The notes below the pieces were generated by a model. The model was not told the DNA's origin. It was given only the letters and a program-made list of their open reading frames with translations, and ran no database searches. A DNA stretch of 38,185 nt, from the IMG/VR virus record IMGVR_UViG_2671181094_000002. One strand, 5' to 3'. Position 1 is the first letter of the stretch. Each line of letters starts with the position of its first letter. This stretch comes from a virus. Lineage: Duplodnaviria; Heunggongvirae; Uroviricota; Caudoviricetes. Below, one piece after another: positions 18,471 through 27,462 of this stretch. A program made the position numbers and the translations under genes.

Positions 18471-18632
18471 TTTGATTACTAAAAGATATGTTGTGGGAGG
18501 CTTTGCCTCCCCAACATATAAGTGGCTCCCTCAAGCCACTTCCTTTAGAAGCACAACCTTGCTTCTAACTATACAAACCTTCTGTTATATATTACCCTTT
18601 ATTTTTGGGGGCGTTTCAACGCCCCATTTTTA
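18471..18632 (+). ncRNA. Structured porin 3' UTR; candidate IpeX-like small RNA
   Basis: Three consecutive hairpins (long near-palindrome 18486-18519; aagtggct/agccactt; gaagca/tgcttc) ending in an intrinsic terminator; IpeX sRNA is encoded immediately downstream of nmpC in DLP12. Confidence 0.3.
18606..18632 (+). terminator. Rho-independent terminator of the porin gene
   Basis: gggggcg-tttcaa-cgcccc stem-loop followed by atttttaat. Confidence 0.6.
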
Positions 18633-18658
18633 ATAACTTTTAGTAAATAATTGGCGTA

Positions 18659-19057
18659 TTAATTAGAGTTATTAACAACGATATCCATCTCTAACCGGAT
18701 ATCTAATGCCATTAACATCCCTTCAATTATGCCCTCAGCCTTTTGTAACCTTTTCCCGATATAACCATCAGAGCAGCAATGCTTACCTGCCAGTGACATG
18801 AATGTCATACCGACTACATAATAATCTACTAATAAATCGTGCAAATCGCTGTTGTTCTTTTTCAGACGGGCCATGCACCCGCAAATGATCATCGCGTCAT
18901 CGTCACAACATTGCGGGCGAGATTTTACTTTTGAAGGAATTAATCCCTTAAAACCGGCGGCAATGGACGACCAGGTCACATCTTCATGATTATTAGCCGC
19001 CCACGCTCCCCAACGCTCAAGAACCATCTGAATATCACGCATCAACTTACTCCACAA
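18659..19057 (-). CDS. Q: Late gene antiterminator Q (DLP12 QuuD / phage 82-21 type, not lambda Q type)
   Basis: 132-aa [29 protein letters not shown]... with Cys cluster ([16 protein letters not shown]), upstream of lysis cassette and downstream of rusA/ylcG. Confidence 0.85.
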   Translation of the reverse strand: MWSKLMRDIQMVLERWGAWAANNHEDVTWSSIAAGFKGLIPSKVKSRPQCCDDDAMIICGCMARLKKNNSDLHDLLVDYYVVGMTFMSLAGKHCCSDGYIGKRLQKAEGIIEGMLMALDIRLEMDIVVNNSN

Positions 19058-19127
19058 AAATCAGACCAGAACGCCAATTACAAGCAAAAATCAACAAAAC
19101 AGTATTAGTTGATTGTTATCTCTGACT

Positions 19128-19268
19128 TCATACTCCTGCTCCTGTCAGGGTTTTGGCGTAATTCTTCAGTATTCGGTAATCGGTCAAAACAGAACCGGGG
19201 AAACGATATAAGCGCAGATGCCCCCAGCGGTGGCGAAGAAGTTCTGCCATATAAAACTCAAACATCAT
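19128..19268 (-). CDS. ylcG: YlcG-like small protein
   Basis: 46-aa [49 protein letters not shown] read by hand; start overlaps rusA stop (ATGA); below ORF-track length cutoff. Confidence 0.6.
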   Translation of the reverse strand: MMFEFYMAELLRHRWGHLRLYRFPGSVLTDYRILKNYAKTLTGAGV

Positions 19269-19627
19269 TCATTCCCCATTTCGGTGATGGTCAGTTCCAG
19301 CCTCCCACCTTTGGTAACAGGCATCTTCACAACGCGGTAATCAACGACCTGAGCATCATCCAGCCAGAAACCTGCTTTAGTGAGTGCGTCAAAAGCGGCT
19401 TTTTGCAGATTATCCAGGTCACGGCGACGGCGATCCGGCATGTGGCACTCAATGCGGATTTTCACAGGCATAGCCAGGCCGATATCCAGCATTGCGTTTT
19501 TAATGATTCGGGCGACGTTATCGCGGTATGCCTGCCCCTCTGCGCTGACGTGCGTGCGCCCGCGATTATGGCGGTAATAGCGGTTATTGCTCGGCGGCCA
19601 GGGTAGTGTGATGTGGTAAGTATTCAC
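19265..19627 (-). CDS. rusA: Holliday junction resolvase RusA
   Basis: 120-aa ORF (GTG start) ...[14 protein letters not shown]...[28 protein letters not shown], classic RusA motifs. Confidence 0.9.
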   Translation of the reverse strand: MNTYHITLPWPPSNNRYYRHNRGRTHVSAEGQAYRDNVARIIKNAMLDIGLAMPVKIRIECHMPDRRRRDLDNLQKAAFDALTKAGFWLDDAQVVDYRVVKMPVTKGGRLELTITEMGNE

Positions 19628-19750
19628 GCCTTAATTACCCCCTCTTTCAGCCAGATAACCTGCGTTCTCGCCATACCTTCCAGCGCGCATTCTTTTGCAT
19701 ATGCAGCATCGACTTGCTTGGCATGCCCTTTACCGGCAATCTTCTGTATG
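19624..19750 (-). pseudogene. ybcO-like (DUF1364) gene remnant, C-terminal part only
   Basis: Minus-strand frame reads ...[38 protein letters not shown]-stop, whose stop overlaps rusA start (GTGA); frame is closed by two stop codons just upstream, no start and no Cys-rich N-terminal half present. Confidence 0.5.
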
Positions 19751-19833
19751 CGCTAAACCTAGATAGAATCCACTCTGTGCACATTGAAGCCCGCTCTATG
19801 CTTCCTTTCAGGTATTGAAGGGATTGAGATGGG

Positions 19834-20181
19834 CTAAGCATTATTGGCCTCCTGCATCAGGAGAAAGACAATCATGGCGGCGCGGAGAGGTCTGGTATCA
19901 AATATTGGGCTTACGCCTTTTGCATCCACACACCATTCAGTTAACTGGTCTAAGATAGAAATCCTGTATTTCTCAATAATCGGCCATGAAGCGCTCGGAT
20001 CATTGCAGTAGTCAGGCAAATGATTTAATGGCTCAAAAGTTGTATCAGCATTTCCGTAATACCATTTGTTGGTGTTATTCCCTGATGTTTCCGGTTTACT
20101 TGCCCAAAGGCCTTTAAAAATTATGTCTCCTACCATTCTGTTAATTTCAAAATCACTTAACTGTGAATAATCCATTGTCAT
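19834..20181 (-). CDS. Hypothetical nin-region protein
   Basis: ORF track 19834..20217; likely start [18 protein letters not shown] at 20181 overlapping ninE stop (ATGA); family not recognised. Confidence 0.5.
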   Translation of the reverse strand: MTMDYSQLSDFEINRMVGDIIFKGLWASKPETSGNNTNKWYYGNADTTFEPLNHLPDYCNDPSASWPIIEKYRISILDQLTEWCVDAKGVSPIFDTRPLRAAMIVFLLMQEANNA

Positions 20182-20354
20182 TTCCTCGCACGATATCTTA
20201 GCCACCGGATATCCCACAGGTGAGCTGTGTAATTGAAGGTTTTTACGTCAGATTCTTTTGGGATTGGCTTGCGTTTATTTCTGGAGCGTTTCGTTGGAAG
20301 GTATTTGCAGTTTTCGCAGATGATGTCGGTGAAACTTCGTCGCTGTCGCCTCAT
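20178..20354 (-). CDS. ninE: NinE
   Basis: Internal start [52 protein letters not shown], lambda NinE-like; start overlaps methyltransferase stop. Confidence 0.8.
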   Translation of the reverse strand: MRRQRRSFTDIICENCKYLPTKRSRNKRKPIPKESDVKTFNYTAHLWDIRWLRYRARK

Positions 20355-20878
20355 GCCGCCCTCCTGACACCCTGCCCGATCGCCATCAATGCCGCTTTGG
20401 ATACGGTAGTAAACATCCGTCGAGGACTGATGAACGGTCGCCAAATCAGCAGCATGGAACCTTTGCTGTTTCCCTTCTTCTCCAGCCCTGTCGATGGTTC
20501 GATAAAATTAATCCGTCCATCAGTGATAATGCGAACTTCGTCGACACTCTCCAGAGCCTTGCTGAACCATCCGACTGACATATCCTCTGGCACAAGCATA
20601 ACTACCGTCTGTCGCTGTTGTATGCACTGCTCAGCGGCTTTTTCCACCCACGGCCTGATATTGCTGTACGGTGGGTTATTCCAGATTGCACCGTGGCTTA
20701 CCCACTCAGAATTGAGCGCGTCGTCGGCCTCAGTTAGCCAGTGAGCACACAGAGCATTTTTGTCGCTCGCTGCCGAATCCAGCCAGAATCCAAACTCAAT
20801 ATCCAGTGCATCAAAAAGCCAAAGCGGCGTTTGCCAGCAGTCCTTGTCGTGTGCTGGCGTATTTGATTTGATAGTCAT
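20351..20878 (-). CDS. DNA N6-adenine methyltransferase (phage Dam-like)
   Basis: ORF track 20351..20938; likely start [18 protein letters not shown] at 20878 overlapping ninB stop; NPPY catalytic motif (IWNNPPYSN). Confidence 0.8.
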   Translation of the reverse strand: MTIKSNTPAHDKDCWQTPLWLFDALDIEFGFWLDSAASDKNALCAHWLTEADDALNSEWVSHGAIWNNPPYSNIRPWVEKAAEQCIQQRQTVVMLVPEDMSVGWFSKALESVDEVRIITDGRINFIEPSTGLEKKGNSKGSMLLIWRPFISPRRMFTTVSKAALMAIGQGVRRAA

Positions 20879-21333
20879 GCAGCCCGATCTCCCCATCTCG
20901 CTTTCCACTCCAGAGCCAGTCTCGCTTCGTCTGACCACTTAACGCCACGCTCTGTACCGAATGCCTGTATAAGCTCTAATAGCTCCGCAAATTCGCCTAC
21001 ACGCATCCTGCTGGTTGACTGGCCTATTACCACAAAGCCATTCCCGGCAAGGTTAGGAACAACATCCTGCTGCTTTAATGCTGCGGTAAACACACACTTC
21101 CAGCTTTCTGCATCCAGCCAGCGACCATGCCATTCAACCTGACGAGAGACGTCACCTAAGCAGGCCCATAGCTTCCTGTTTTGGTCTAAGCTGCGGTTGC
21201 GTTCCTGAATGGTTACTACGATTGGTTTGGTTGGGTCTGGAAGGATTTGCTGTACTGCGTGAATAGCGTTTTGCTGATGTGCTGGAGATCGAATTTCAAA
21301 GGTTAGTTTTTTCATGACTTCCCTCTCCCCCAA
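20875..21333 (-). CDS. ninB: NinB (Orf-family recombination mediator)
   Basis: 152-aa ORF MKKLTFEIRSPAHQQNAIHAVQQILPDPTKPIVVTIQERNRSLDQNRKLWACLGD..., lambda NinB-like. Confidence 0.85.
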   Translation of the reverse strand: MGEREVMKKLTFEIRSPAHQQNAIHAVQQILPDPTKPIVVTIQERNRSLDQNRKLWACLGDVSRQVEWHGRWLDAESWKCVFTAALKQQDVVPNLAGNGFVVIGQSTSRMRVGEFAELLELIQAFGTERGVKWSDEARLALEWKARWGDRAA

Positions 21334-21335
21334 AT

Positions 21336-21372
21336 AAAAAGGCCTCCGATTACCAGCAGGCCTGTTATTAGC
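21336..21372 (-). terminator. Candidate intrinsic terminator between ren and ninB (tR2-like position)
   Basis: AGGCCT...AGGCCT stem with T-run on the minus strand; weak stem, positional analogy to lambda tR2. Confidence 0.3.
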
Positions 21373-21388
21373 TCAGTAATGTAGATGG

Positions 21389-21679
21389 TCATCTTTTAAC
21401 TCCATATACCGCCAATACCCGTTTCATCGCGGCACTCTGGCGACACTCCTTAAAAATCAGGTTCGTGCTCATCTTTCCTTCCCGTTCTTCCTTGGTAGCA
21501 AACCGGTAATACACCGTTCGCCAGACCTTACCTTCGATAACCAGAAGATCTGCCCGTGCCATTTTAGCCGCGGCCTGATTTATGCTGGTTACTGTTGCGC
21601 CTGTTGCCGCAGCTACATCCGGCGCGCAGAAAGTCCGGTGCGTTTTCAGGTAGTGAAGAATTGCCTCTTTGCCTGTCAT
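21389..21679 (-). CDS. ren: Ren
   Basis: 96-aa ORF MTGKEAILHYLKTHRTFCAPDVAAATGATVTSINQAAAKMARADLLVIEGKVWRTVYYRF..., lambda Ren-like. Confidence 0.9.
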   Translation of the reverse strand: MTGKEAILHYLKTHRTFCAPDVAAATGATVTSINQAAAKMARADLLVIEGKVWRTVYYRFATKEEREGKMSTNLIFKECRQSAAMKRVLAVYGVKR

Positions 21680-22377
21680 ACACTGGCTCCTTTCAGTCCG
21701 AACTTAGCTTTGATTTCTGCGATCTTCGCCAGAGCCTGCGCACGATTTAGAGGTCTATCGCCCATGACAGGAAGTTGTTTTACTGGTTCAGGTATAGCCT
21801 CACCACGGTTAATTCGCGCGGTCATACAGGCCAGTTCATCGGCAGCCTTGCGCCGTAATTCCGCGTCAGTCAACGCATTGGCCCGCATGTTCTGATACAG
21901 GTTGGTAACCAGCCAGTAGTGCGCGTTTGATTTCCACGGATAAGACTCCGCATCCGGATACAGGCCTCGCTTCCGGCAATACTCGTAAACCATATCAACC
22001 AGCTCGCTGACGTTTGGCAGTCCGGCGATAACGGATGCTTCTTCCCGGCACCATGCAACAAACTGCCCGGGTGATGGCAGAAATGGTCGATTCTGCCGAC
22101 GGGCTACGCGCATTCCTGCGTTAACCTGTTCCATTGTGGTGATCCCGTTTTCCCGGAAAGCCAGAACCCACTGGCGGCGGATTTCGTTCAGTTCGTTCTG
22201 GTCACGGTTAGCCAGACTCGCCGGGAAAGTTGCCAGTAACTGGCTGAACACACCGTTGATGATCTGCGCTACCTGCTGTACCTGTGGCTTTTCGTCGTAC
22301 TGTTCCGGCATGTTGTTGGCGATCCGACGCATCTGCTCACGGTCAAAGTTAACCATCTGTGCGGCGATGTTTTTCAT
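21676..22377 (-). CDS. P: Replication protein P (DnaB helicase loader)
   Basis: 233-aa ORF MKNIAAQMVNFDREQMRRIANNMPEQYDEKPQVQQVAQIINGVF..., recognised as lambda P. Confidence 0.95.
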   Translation of the reverse strand: MKNIAAQMVNFDREQMRRIANNMPEQYDEKPQVQQVAQIINGVFSQLLATFPASLANRDQNELNEIRRQWVLAFRENGITTMEQVNAGMRVARRQNRPFLPSPGQFVAWCREEASVIAGLPNVSELVDMVYEYCRKRGLYPDAESYPWKSNAHYWLVTNLYQNMRANALTDAELRRKAADELACMTARINRGEAIPEPVKQLPVMGDRPLNRAQALAKIAEIKAKFGLKGASV

Positions 22378-23273
22378 AGATCCACCCCGTAAATCCAGTC
22401 AGTGTTTGTCAGGTCGAGTTTTGGTTTTCCGGCTGTCACGCCAGCCTGTTGCTTGTTACGGTTGATTTCGAGCTGGGTCCACTTGTCGCGGAGTTTGGCC
22501 GGACTCAGCACGTTACCGGACCAGAAGTTGTCCTGGCAGGCCCAGCGGAAAAGCACACACATATCGCGGTGGTTACGTCCGTCACGTTCACGCATCAGGC
22601 GGATATCGTTAGCCCACCCAGCAAAATTCGGTTTTCTGGCTGATGGCGCGATGGTCTTCACCATGTCAAACATCCACTCTGCGGCGGTCAGGTCTTCTGC
22701 TGTTCCCCACTTACTGCCGCTCTGAATTGCAGCATCCGGTTTAACCACAGAAAGATCGTTTTCTGGCTGGTCAGAGGATTCGCCAGAATTCTCGGACGAA
22801 TAATCTTTTCTTTTTTCTTTTGTAATAGTGTCTTTTGTGTCCCCCTGTTTTGAGGGATAGCAATCCCTCAATTTGAGGGATGTTTTATCCCTCGTTTTAG
22901 GGGATTTTCCCTCGTTTTGAGGGATACACCATTCTGAGATGTTTTTATTTGGTCCAAACATGCCGCCTTGCTGCTTGATAATATTCATTCTGACGAGTTC
23001 TAACTTGGCTTCATTGCACCGTTTGACAGGTAACTTTGTAATCTCGCTAAGTTGAGAATCGGTGATTCTGTCCATTGGTTTATTCCACCCATAGGTTTTA
23101 CGCAGAATGGCAAGCAGCACTTTAAACTGTCGCTTGGTCAGATCTGCGCCTGAATAAGCCTCAAGCAGCATATTTGATAGTCTGGCGTAACCATCATCGA
23201 GATCTGCCACATTACGCTCCTGTCCGGCAAAGTTACCTCTGCCGAAGTTGAGTATTTTTGCTGTATTTGTCAT
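22374..23273 (-). CDS. O: Replication initiator O
   Basis: 299-aa ORF MTNTAKILNFGRGNFAGQERNVADLDDGYARLSNMLLEAYSGADLTKRQFKVLLAILRKTYGWNKP..., recognised as lambda O; contains origin iterons. Confidence 0.95.
   Translation of the reverse strand: MTNTAKILNFGRGNFAGQERNVADLDDGYARLSNMLLEAYSGADLTKRQFKVLLAILRKTYGWNKPMDRITDSQLSEITKLPVKRCNEAKLELVRMNIIKQQGGMFGPNKNISEWCIPQNEGKSPKTRDKTSLKLRDCYPSKQGDTKDTITKEKRKDYSSENSGESSDQPENDLSVVKPDAAIQSGSKWGTAEDLTAAEWMFDMVKTIAPSARKPNFAGWANDIRLMRERDGRNHRDMCVLFRWACQDNFWSGNVLSPAKLRDKWTQLEINRNKQQAGVTAGKPKLDLTNTDWIYGVDL
22841..22975. other. Replication origin (ori-lambda-type): four iterons plus AT-rich segment inside the O gene
   Basis: Repeated ~18-bp inverted-repeat units tccctcaaa/ttgaggga-type (ccccctgttttgagggata, atccctcaatttgagggat, atccctcgttttaggggat, tccctcgttttgagggata) followed by AT-rich tract. 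Confidence 0.8.
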
Positions 23274-23283
23274 AATGACTCCT

Positions 23284-23360
23284 GTTGATAGATCCAGTAA
23301 TGACCTCAGAACTCCATCTGGATTTGTTCAGAACGCTCGGTTGCCGCCGGGCGTTTTTTA
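23284..23360 (+). ncRNA. oop: oop antisense RNA
   Basis: Sequence gttgatagatccagtaatgacctcagaactccatctggatttgttcagaacgctcggttgccgccgggcgttttttatt matches my recollection of lambda oop including terminator hairpin; antisense to cII 3' end. Confidence 0.8.
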
Positions 23361-23599
23361 TTGGTGAGAATCGCAGCAACTTGTCGCGCCAATCGAGCCA
23401 TGTCGTCGTCAACGACCCCCCATTCAAGAACAGCAAGCAGCATTGAGAACTTTGGAATCCAGTCCCTCTTCCACCTGCTGATCTGCGACTTATCAACGCC
23501 CACAGCTTCCGCTGTCTTCTCAGTTCCAAGCATTGCGATTTTGTTAAGCAACGCACTCTCGATTCGTAGAGCCTCGTTGCGTTTGTTTGCACGAACCAT
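23306..23599 (-). CDS. cII: Transcriptional activator cII
   Basis: 97-aa protein from internal Met of ORF 23306..23659: MVRANKRNEALRIESALLNKIAMLGTEKTAEAVGVDKSQISRWKRDWIPKFSMLLAVLEWGVVDDDMARLARQVAAILTNKKRPAATERSEQIQMEF. Confidence 0.95.
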   Translation of the reverse strand: MVRANKRNEALRIESALLNKIAMLGTEKTAEAVGVDKSQISRWKRDWIPKFSMLLAVLEWGVVDDDMARLARQVAAILTNKKRPAATERSEQIQMEF

Positions 23600-23717
23600 A
23601 TGTAAGTATTTCCTTAGATAACAATTGATTGAATGTATGCAAATAAATGCATACACCATAGGTGTGGTTTAATTTGATGCCCTTTTTCAGGGCTGGGATG
23701 TGTAAGAGCGGTGTTAT
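23600..23717 (-). promoter_or_regulatory. cro-cII intergenic region: nutR (boxA cgctcttaca, boxB gccctgaaaaagggc) and tR1 region
   Basis: Minus-strand boxA and boxB hairpin directly downstream of cro; AT-rich tR1-like segment with atgcatttatttgcatacat palindrome before cII. Confidence 0.75.
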
Positions 23718-24732
<1,015 letters not shown>

Positions 24733-24850
24733 CCACAATACAACCTTGTTGTCGCAAAAAGATCGCATATGCGATTGTTTATTAGAAATAGAAATCGCCA
24801 TATAGGCGAATAGTCGATCTCAGCGCATAACATAAGGAAATCAATAACAT

Positions 24851-25756
24851 ATGCCAAATTTACCGATGGGCGGATCGCAGGGTGAATTACCCTTAGTACC
24901 TACAGTAGAAGTTGTTGCTGATGGCATTCCTATGGGGGTGCTTAATGATGGAACCCCTTATCTAACTCTTTACGGTTTAGCCAAATTATGTGGCATAGAT
25001 GAAGCACCTCTTCGAATGTTTACATCTAACTGGGAGACTGAAAAAAATAAGCCAAGAGGACAAAAAGTAGCTGCATACTTAGCTGAGAAAGGATTTAACA
25101 ACGTTGACCGACTGTATACCCGCGTCATAAATAGCTCAAACGTTGAAACACATGCTTATCCTGACTATGTTTGTATGGCTATCCTCCGTTACTACGCTCT
25201 AGATGCCACCAATTTTGATAGGTCAGTCGCAATAGGTAATTTTGTTCGCTTGGCTGAGTACACGCTTAAGCGAATGATTTATGAAAAGTCAAATTACAAC
25301 CCAAATGCTTCAATAGATATCTCATTCGAGAACTATAGAGCAAGGATTAAGCTAAACGATCAGATACCGACAACTCATTTTGCAGTATTCAGAGAGATAG
25401 CTGACATTGCCATGAACCTGATCGGAGGAGGATTCCCAATGGATGACACCACATCTTTGGATGGAAGTGTTGGAATTCACTGGGGAAAGTATTGGACAGC
25501 TAATGGGCTATCTGAGAAATTCGGGGAAAGGGTGCAGTACCCACATCTATTCCCCGAAAATTACAGGCAGTCAGCTGCAAATAAGCATATAACAGCTTGG
25601 ATTTATCCTATTGAGGCACTTGGCGTGTTCAGAAAATGGCTACACGATAATTACGCAATGGAAAAACTGCCAAATTACCTTGGGAACAAAAAGATTAGTA
25701 ATGCCTCCGAGCTATTAGAGTCGATAAAAAAACCAGCACTCCCAAATAAGCATTGA
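24851..25756 (+). CDS. Hypothetical 301-aa protein with KilA-N/Bro-N-like N-terminal domain, occupying the rexAB position downstream of cI
   Basis: ORF in same orientation as cI, 118 bp downstream, followed by intrinsic terminator; AT-rich codon usage; N-terminal segment ...TPYLTLYGLAKLCGIDEAPLRMF...HAYPDYVCMAILRYYALD resembles KilA-N-type DNA-binding folds; not RexA/RexB. Confidence 0.6.
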   Translation: MPNLPMGGSQGELPLVPTVEVVADGIPMGVLNDGTPYLTLYGLAKLCGIDEAPLRMFTSNWETEKNKPRGQKVAAYLAEKGFNNVDRLYTRVINSSNVETHAYPDYVCMAILRYYALDATNFDRSVAIGNFVRLAEYTLKRMIYEKSNYNPNASIDISFENYRARIKLNDQIPTTHFAVFREIADIAMNLIGGGFPMDDTTSLDGSVGIHWGKYWTANGLSEKFGERVQYPHLFPENYRQSAANKHITAWIYPIEALGVFRKWLHDNYAMEKLPNYLGNKKISNASELLESIKKPALPNKH

Positions 25757-25767
25757 TCTCCACCACA

Positions 25768-25794
25768 ACCCGGCATCTGCGCCGGGTTTTCTTT
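25768..25794 (+). terminator. Rho-independent terminator ending the cI-moron transcription unit
   Basis: acccggc-atctgc-gccgggt stem-loop followed by tttctttg. Confidence 0.6.
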
Positions 25795-25944
25795 GCCTAA
25801 CGCCCCCAAAAAACACATAACCAATTGTATTTATTTTAAAATTAATAGATACAACTCGCTAAACATCGCAATTCAGATCTCTCGATCACCTTCCCAATCC
25901 ACACAACCCTGCAAAAAATAAATCTATAAAAAAAACATACAGAT

Positions 25945-26010
25945 AACCATCTGCGGTGATAAATTATCTCTGGCGGTGTTGACACAGATACCACTGGCGG
26001 TGATACTAAG
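25945..26010. promoter_or_regulatory. Left operator OL1-OL3 and promoter pL (transcribing rightward in this window toward N)
   Basis: aaccatctgcggtgata, tatctctggcggtgttg, taccactggcggtgata operator sites; ttgaca -35 and gatact -10. Confidence 0.85.
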
Positions 26011-26046
26011 CGCATCAGCAGGACGCACTAACCACCATTGAAGGTG

Positions 26047-26078
26047 AGGCTCTTAAAAATTTAGCCCTGAAGAAGGGC
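26047..26078 (+). promoter_or_regulatory. nutL (boxA gctcttaaa, boxB gccctgaagaagggc)
   Basis: boxA-like sequence followed by 15-nt boxB hairpin upstream of N. Confidence 0.8.
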
Positions 26079-26188
26079 AGCATTCAAAGCAGAAAGCTTT
26101 GAGTAGCGCGAAATGCAGCTGCAAGACAGCAACCGTGGAGATAAGCATCACGGCGCGTTACTCAAAGCTAACTGACAGGAGAATCCAG

Positions 26189-26512
26189 ATGGATGCACAA
26201 ACACGCCGCCGCGAACGTCGCGCAGAGAAACAGGCTCAATGGAAAGCAGCAAATCCCCTGTTGGTTGGGGTAAGCGCAAAACCAGTTAACCGCCCTATTC
26301 TCTCGCTGAATCGCAAACCGAAATCACGAGTAGAAAGCGCACTAAATCCGATAGACCTTACAGTGCTGGCTGAATACCACAAACAGATTGAAAGCAACCT
26401 GCAACGTATTGAGCGCAAGAATCAGCGCACATGGTACAGCAAGCCTGGCGAACGCGGCATAACATGCAGTGGACGCCAGAAAATTAAGGGAAAATCGATT
26501 CCTCTTACTTAG
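26189..26512 (+). CDS. N: Antitermination protein N
   Basis: 107-aa protein from internal Met of ORF 26099..26512: MDAQTRRRERRAEKQAQWKAANPLLVGVSAKPVNRPILSLNRKPKSRVESALNPIDLTVLAEYHKQIESNLQRIERKNQRTWYSKPGERGITCSGRQKIKGKSIPL.; arginine-rich motif at N-terminus. Confidence 0.95.
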   Translation: MDAQTRRRERRAEKQAQWKAANPLLVGVSAKPVNRPILSLNRKPKSRVESALNPIDLTVLAEYHKQIESNLQRIERKNQRTWYSKPGERGITCSGRQKIKGKSIPLT

Positions 26513-27067
26513 TTACTTAGATATTGGCCTTGGCTTTATCTCAATATTATATGGATCATAGCTGGCAACTAATTCAGTCCAGTAAATATCCTCAATAGGG
26601 AATAATATATGCTTCCCGTTCCATCGGGAAAAAGTTTTGTTCAACACACCAAGCTCAATCAACTCACTAATGTATGGGAATTGTTTTGATGTAACCACAT
26701 ACTTCCTGCCTTCATTAAGGGCTGCGCACAAAACCATAGATTGCTCTTCTGTAAGGTTTTGAATTACTGATCGCACTTTATCGTTTTGCATCTTAATGCG
26801 TTTTCTTAGCTTAAATCGCTTATATCTGGCGCTGGCAATAGCTGATAATCGATGCACATTAATTGCTAGCGAAAATGCAAGAGCAAAGACGAAAACATGC
26901 CACACATGAGGAATACCGATTCTCTCATTAACATATTCAGGCCAGTTATCTGGGCTTAAAAGCAGAAGTCCAACCCAGATAACGATCATATACATGGTTC
27001 TCTCCAGAGGTTCATTACTGAACACTCGTCCGAGAATAACGAGTGGATCCATTTCTATACTCATCAA
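26513..27067 (-). CDS. sieB: Superinfection exclusion protein B
   Basis: 184-aa membrane protein ORF MMSIEMDPLVILGRVFSNEPLERTMYMIVIWVGLLLLSPDNWPEY..., opposite to pL transcription as lambda sieB. Confidence 0.85.
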   Translation of the reverse strand: MMSIEMDPLVILGRVFSNEPLERTMYMIVIWVGLLLLSPDNWPEYVNERIGIPHVWHVFVFALAFSLAINVHRLSAIASARYKRFKLRKRIKMQNDKVRSVIQNLTEEQSMVLCAALNEGRKYVVTSKQFPYISELIELGVLNKTFSRWNGKHILFPIEDIYWTELVASYDPYNIEIKPRPISK

Positions 27068-27191
27068 ACTGTAGGGGTTGTAATAGTTTATCCGATTTCT
27101 CGCTGTAGGGGTACACGAGAACCACCGAGCCTGATGTGGTTAAAAGACAGGCACAATCTTTACTACCGCAATCCACTATTTAAGGTGATAT

Positions 27192-27278
27192 ATGGAAGAA
27201 GAATTTGAAGAGTTCGAAGAGCATCCTCAGGATGTGATGGAACAATACCAGGACTATCCGTATGACTACGACTATTGA
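27192..27278 (+). CDS. Small acidic protein (lambda orf28-like)
   Basis: 28-aa ORF MEEEFEEFEEHPQDVMEQYQDYPYDYDY read by hand, overlapping ral start; below track cutoff. Confidence 0.5.
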   Translation: MEEEFEEFEEHPQDVMEQYQDYPYDYDY

Positions 27279-27462
27279 TAAAAATCAATGGTGTGGACAA
27301 TTCAAGCGATGCAATGGATGCAAGCTGCAATCGGAATACATGGTTAAGCCTGAAGAAATGTTTCCTGTAATGGAAGATGGGAAATATGTCGATAAATGGG
27401 CAATACGAACGACGGCAATGATTGCCAGAGAACTTGGTAAACAGAACAACAAAGCTGCCTGA
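27262..27462 (+). CDS. ral: Restriction alleviation protein Ral
   Basis: 66-aa ORF MTTTIDKNQWCGQFKRCNGCKLQSEYMVKPEEMFPVMEDGKYVDKWAIRTTAMIARELGKQNNKAA. Confidence 0.9.
   Translation: MTTTIDKNQWCGQFKRCNGCKLQSEYMVKPEEMFPVMEDGKYVDKWAIRTTAMIARELGKQNNKAA

Noticed and set aside
22841-22975. Cluster of short direct/inverted repeats that could be mistaken for a CRISPR array
   Set aside because: Only four units, each internally palindromic, no unique spacers, and located inside the O gene followed by an AT-rich tract: this is the ori-lambda iteron set, not CRISPR.
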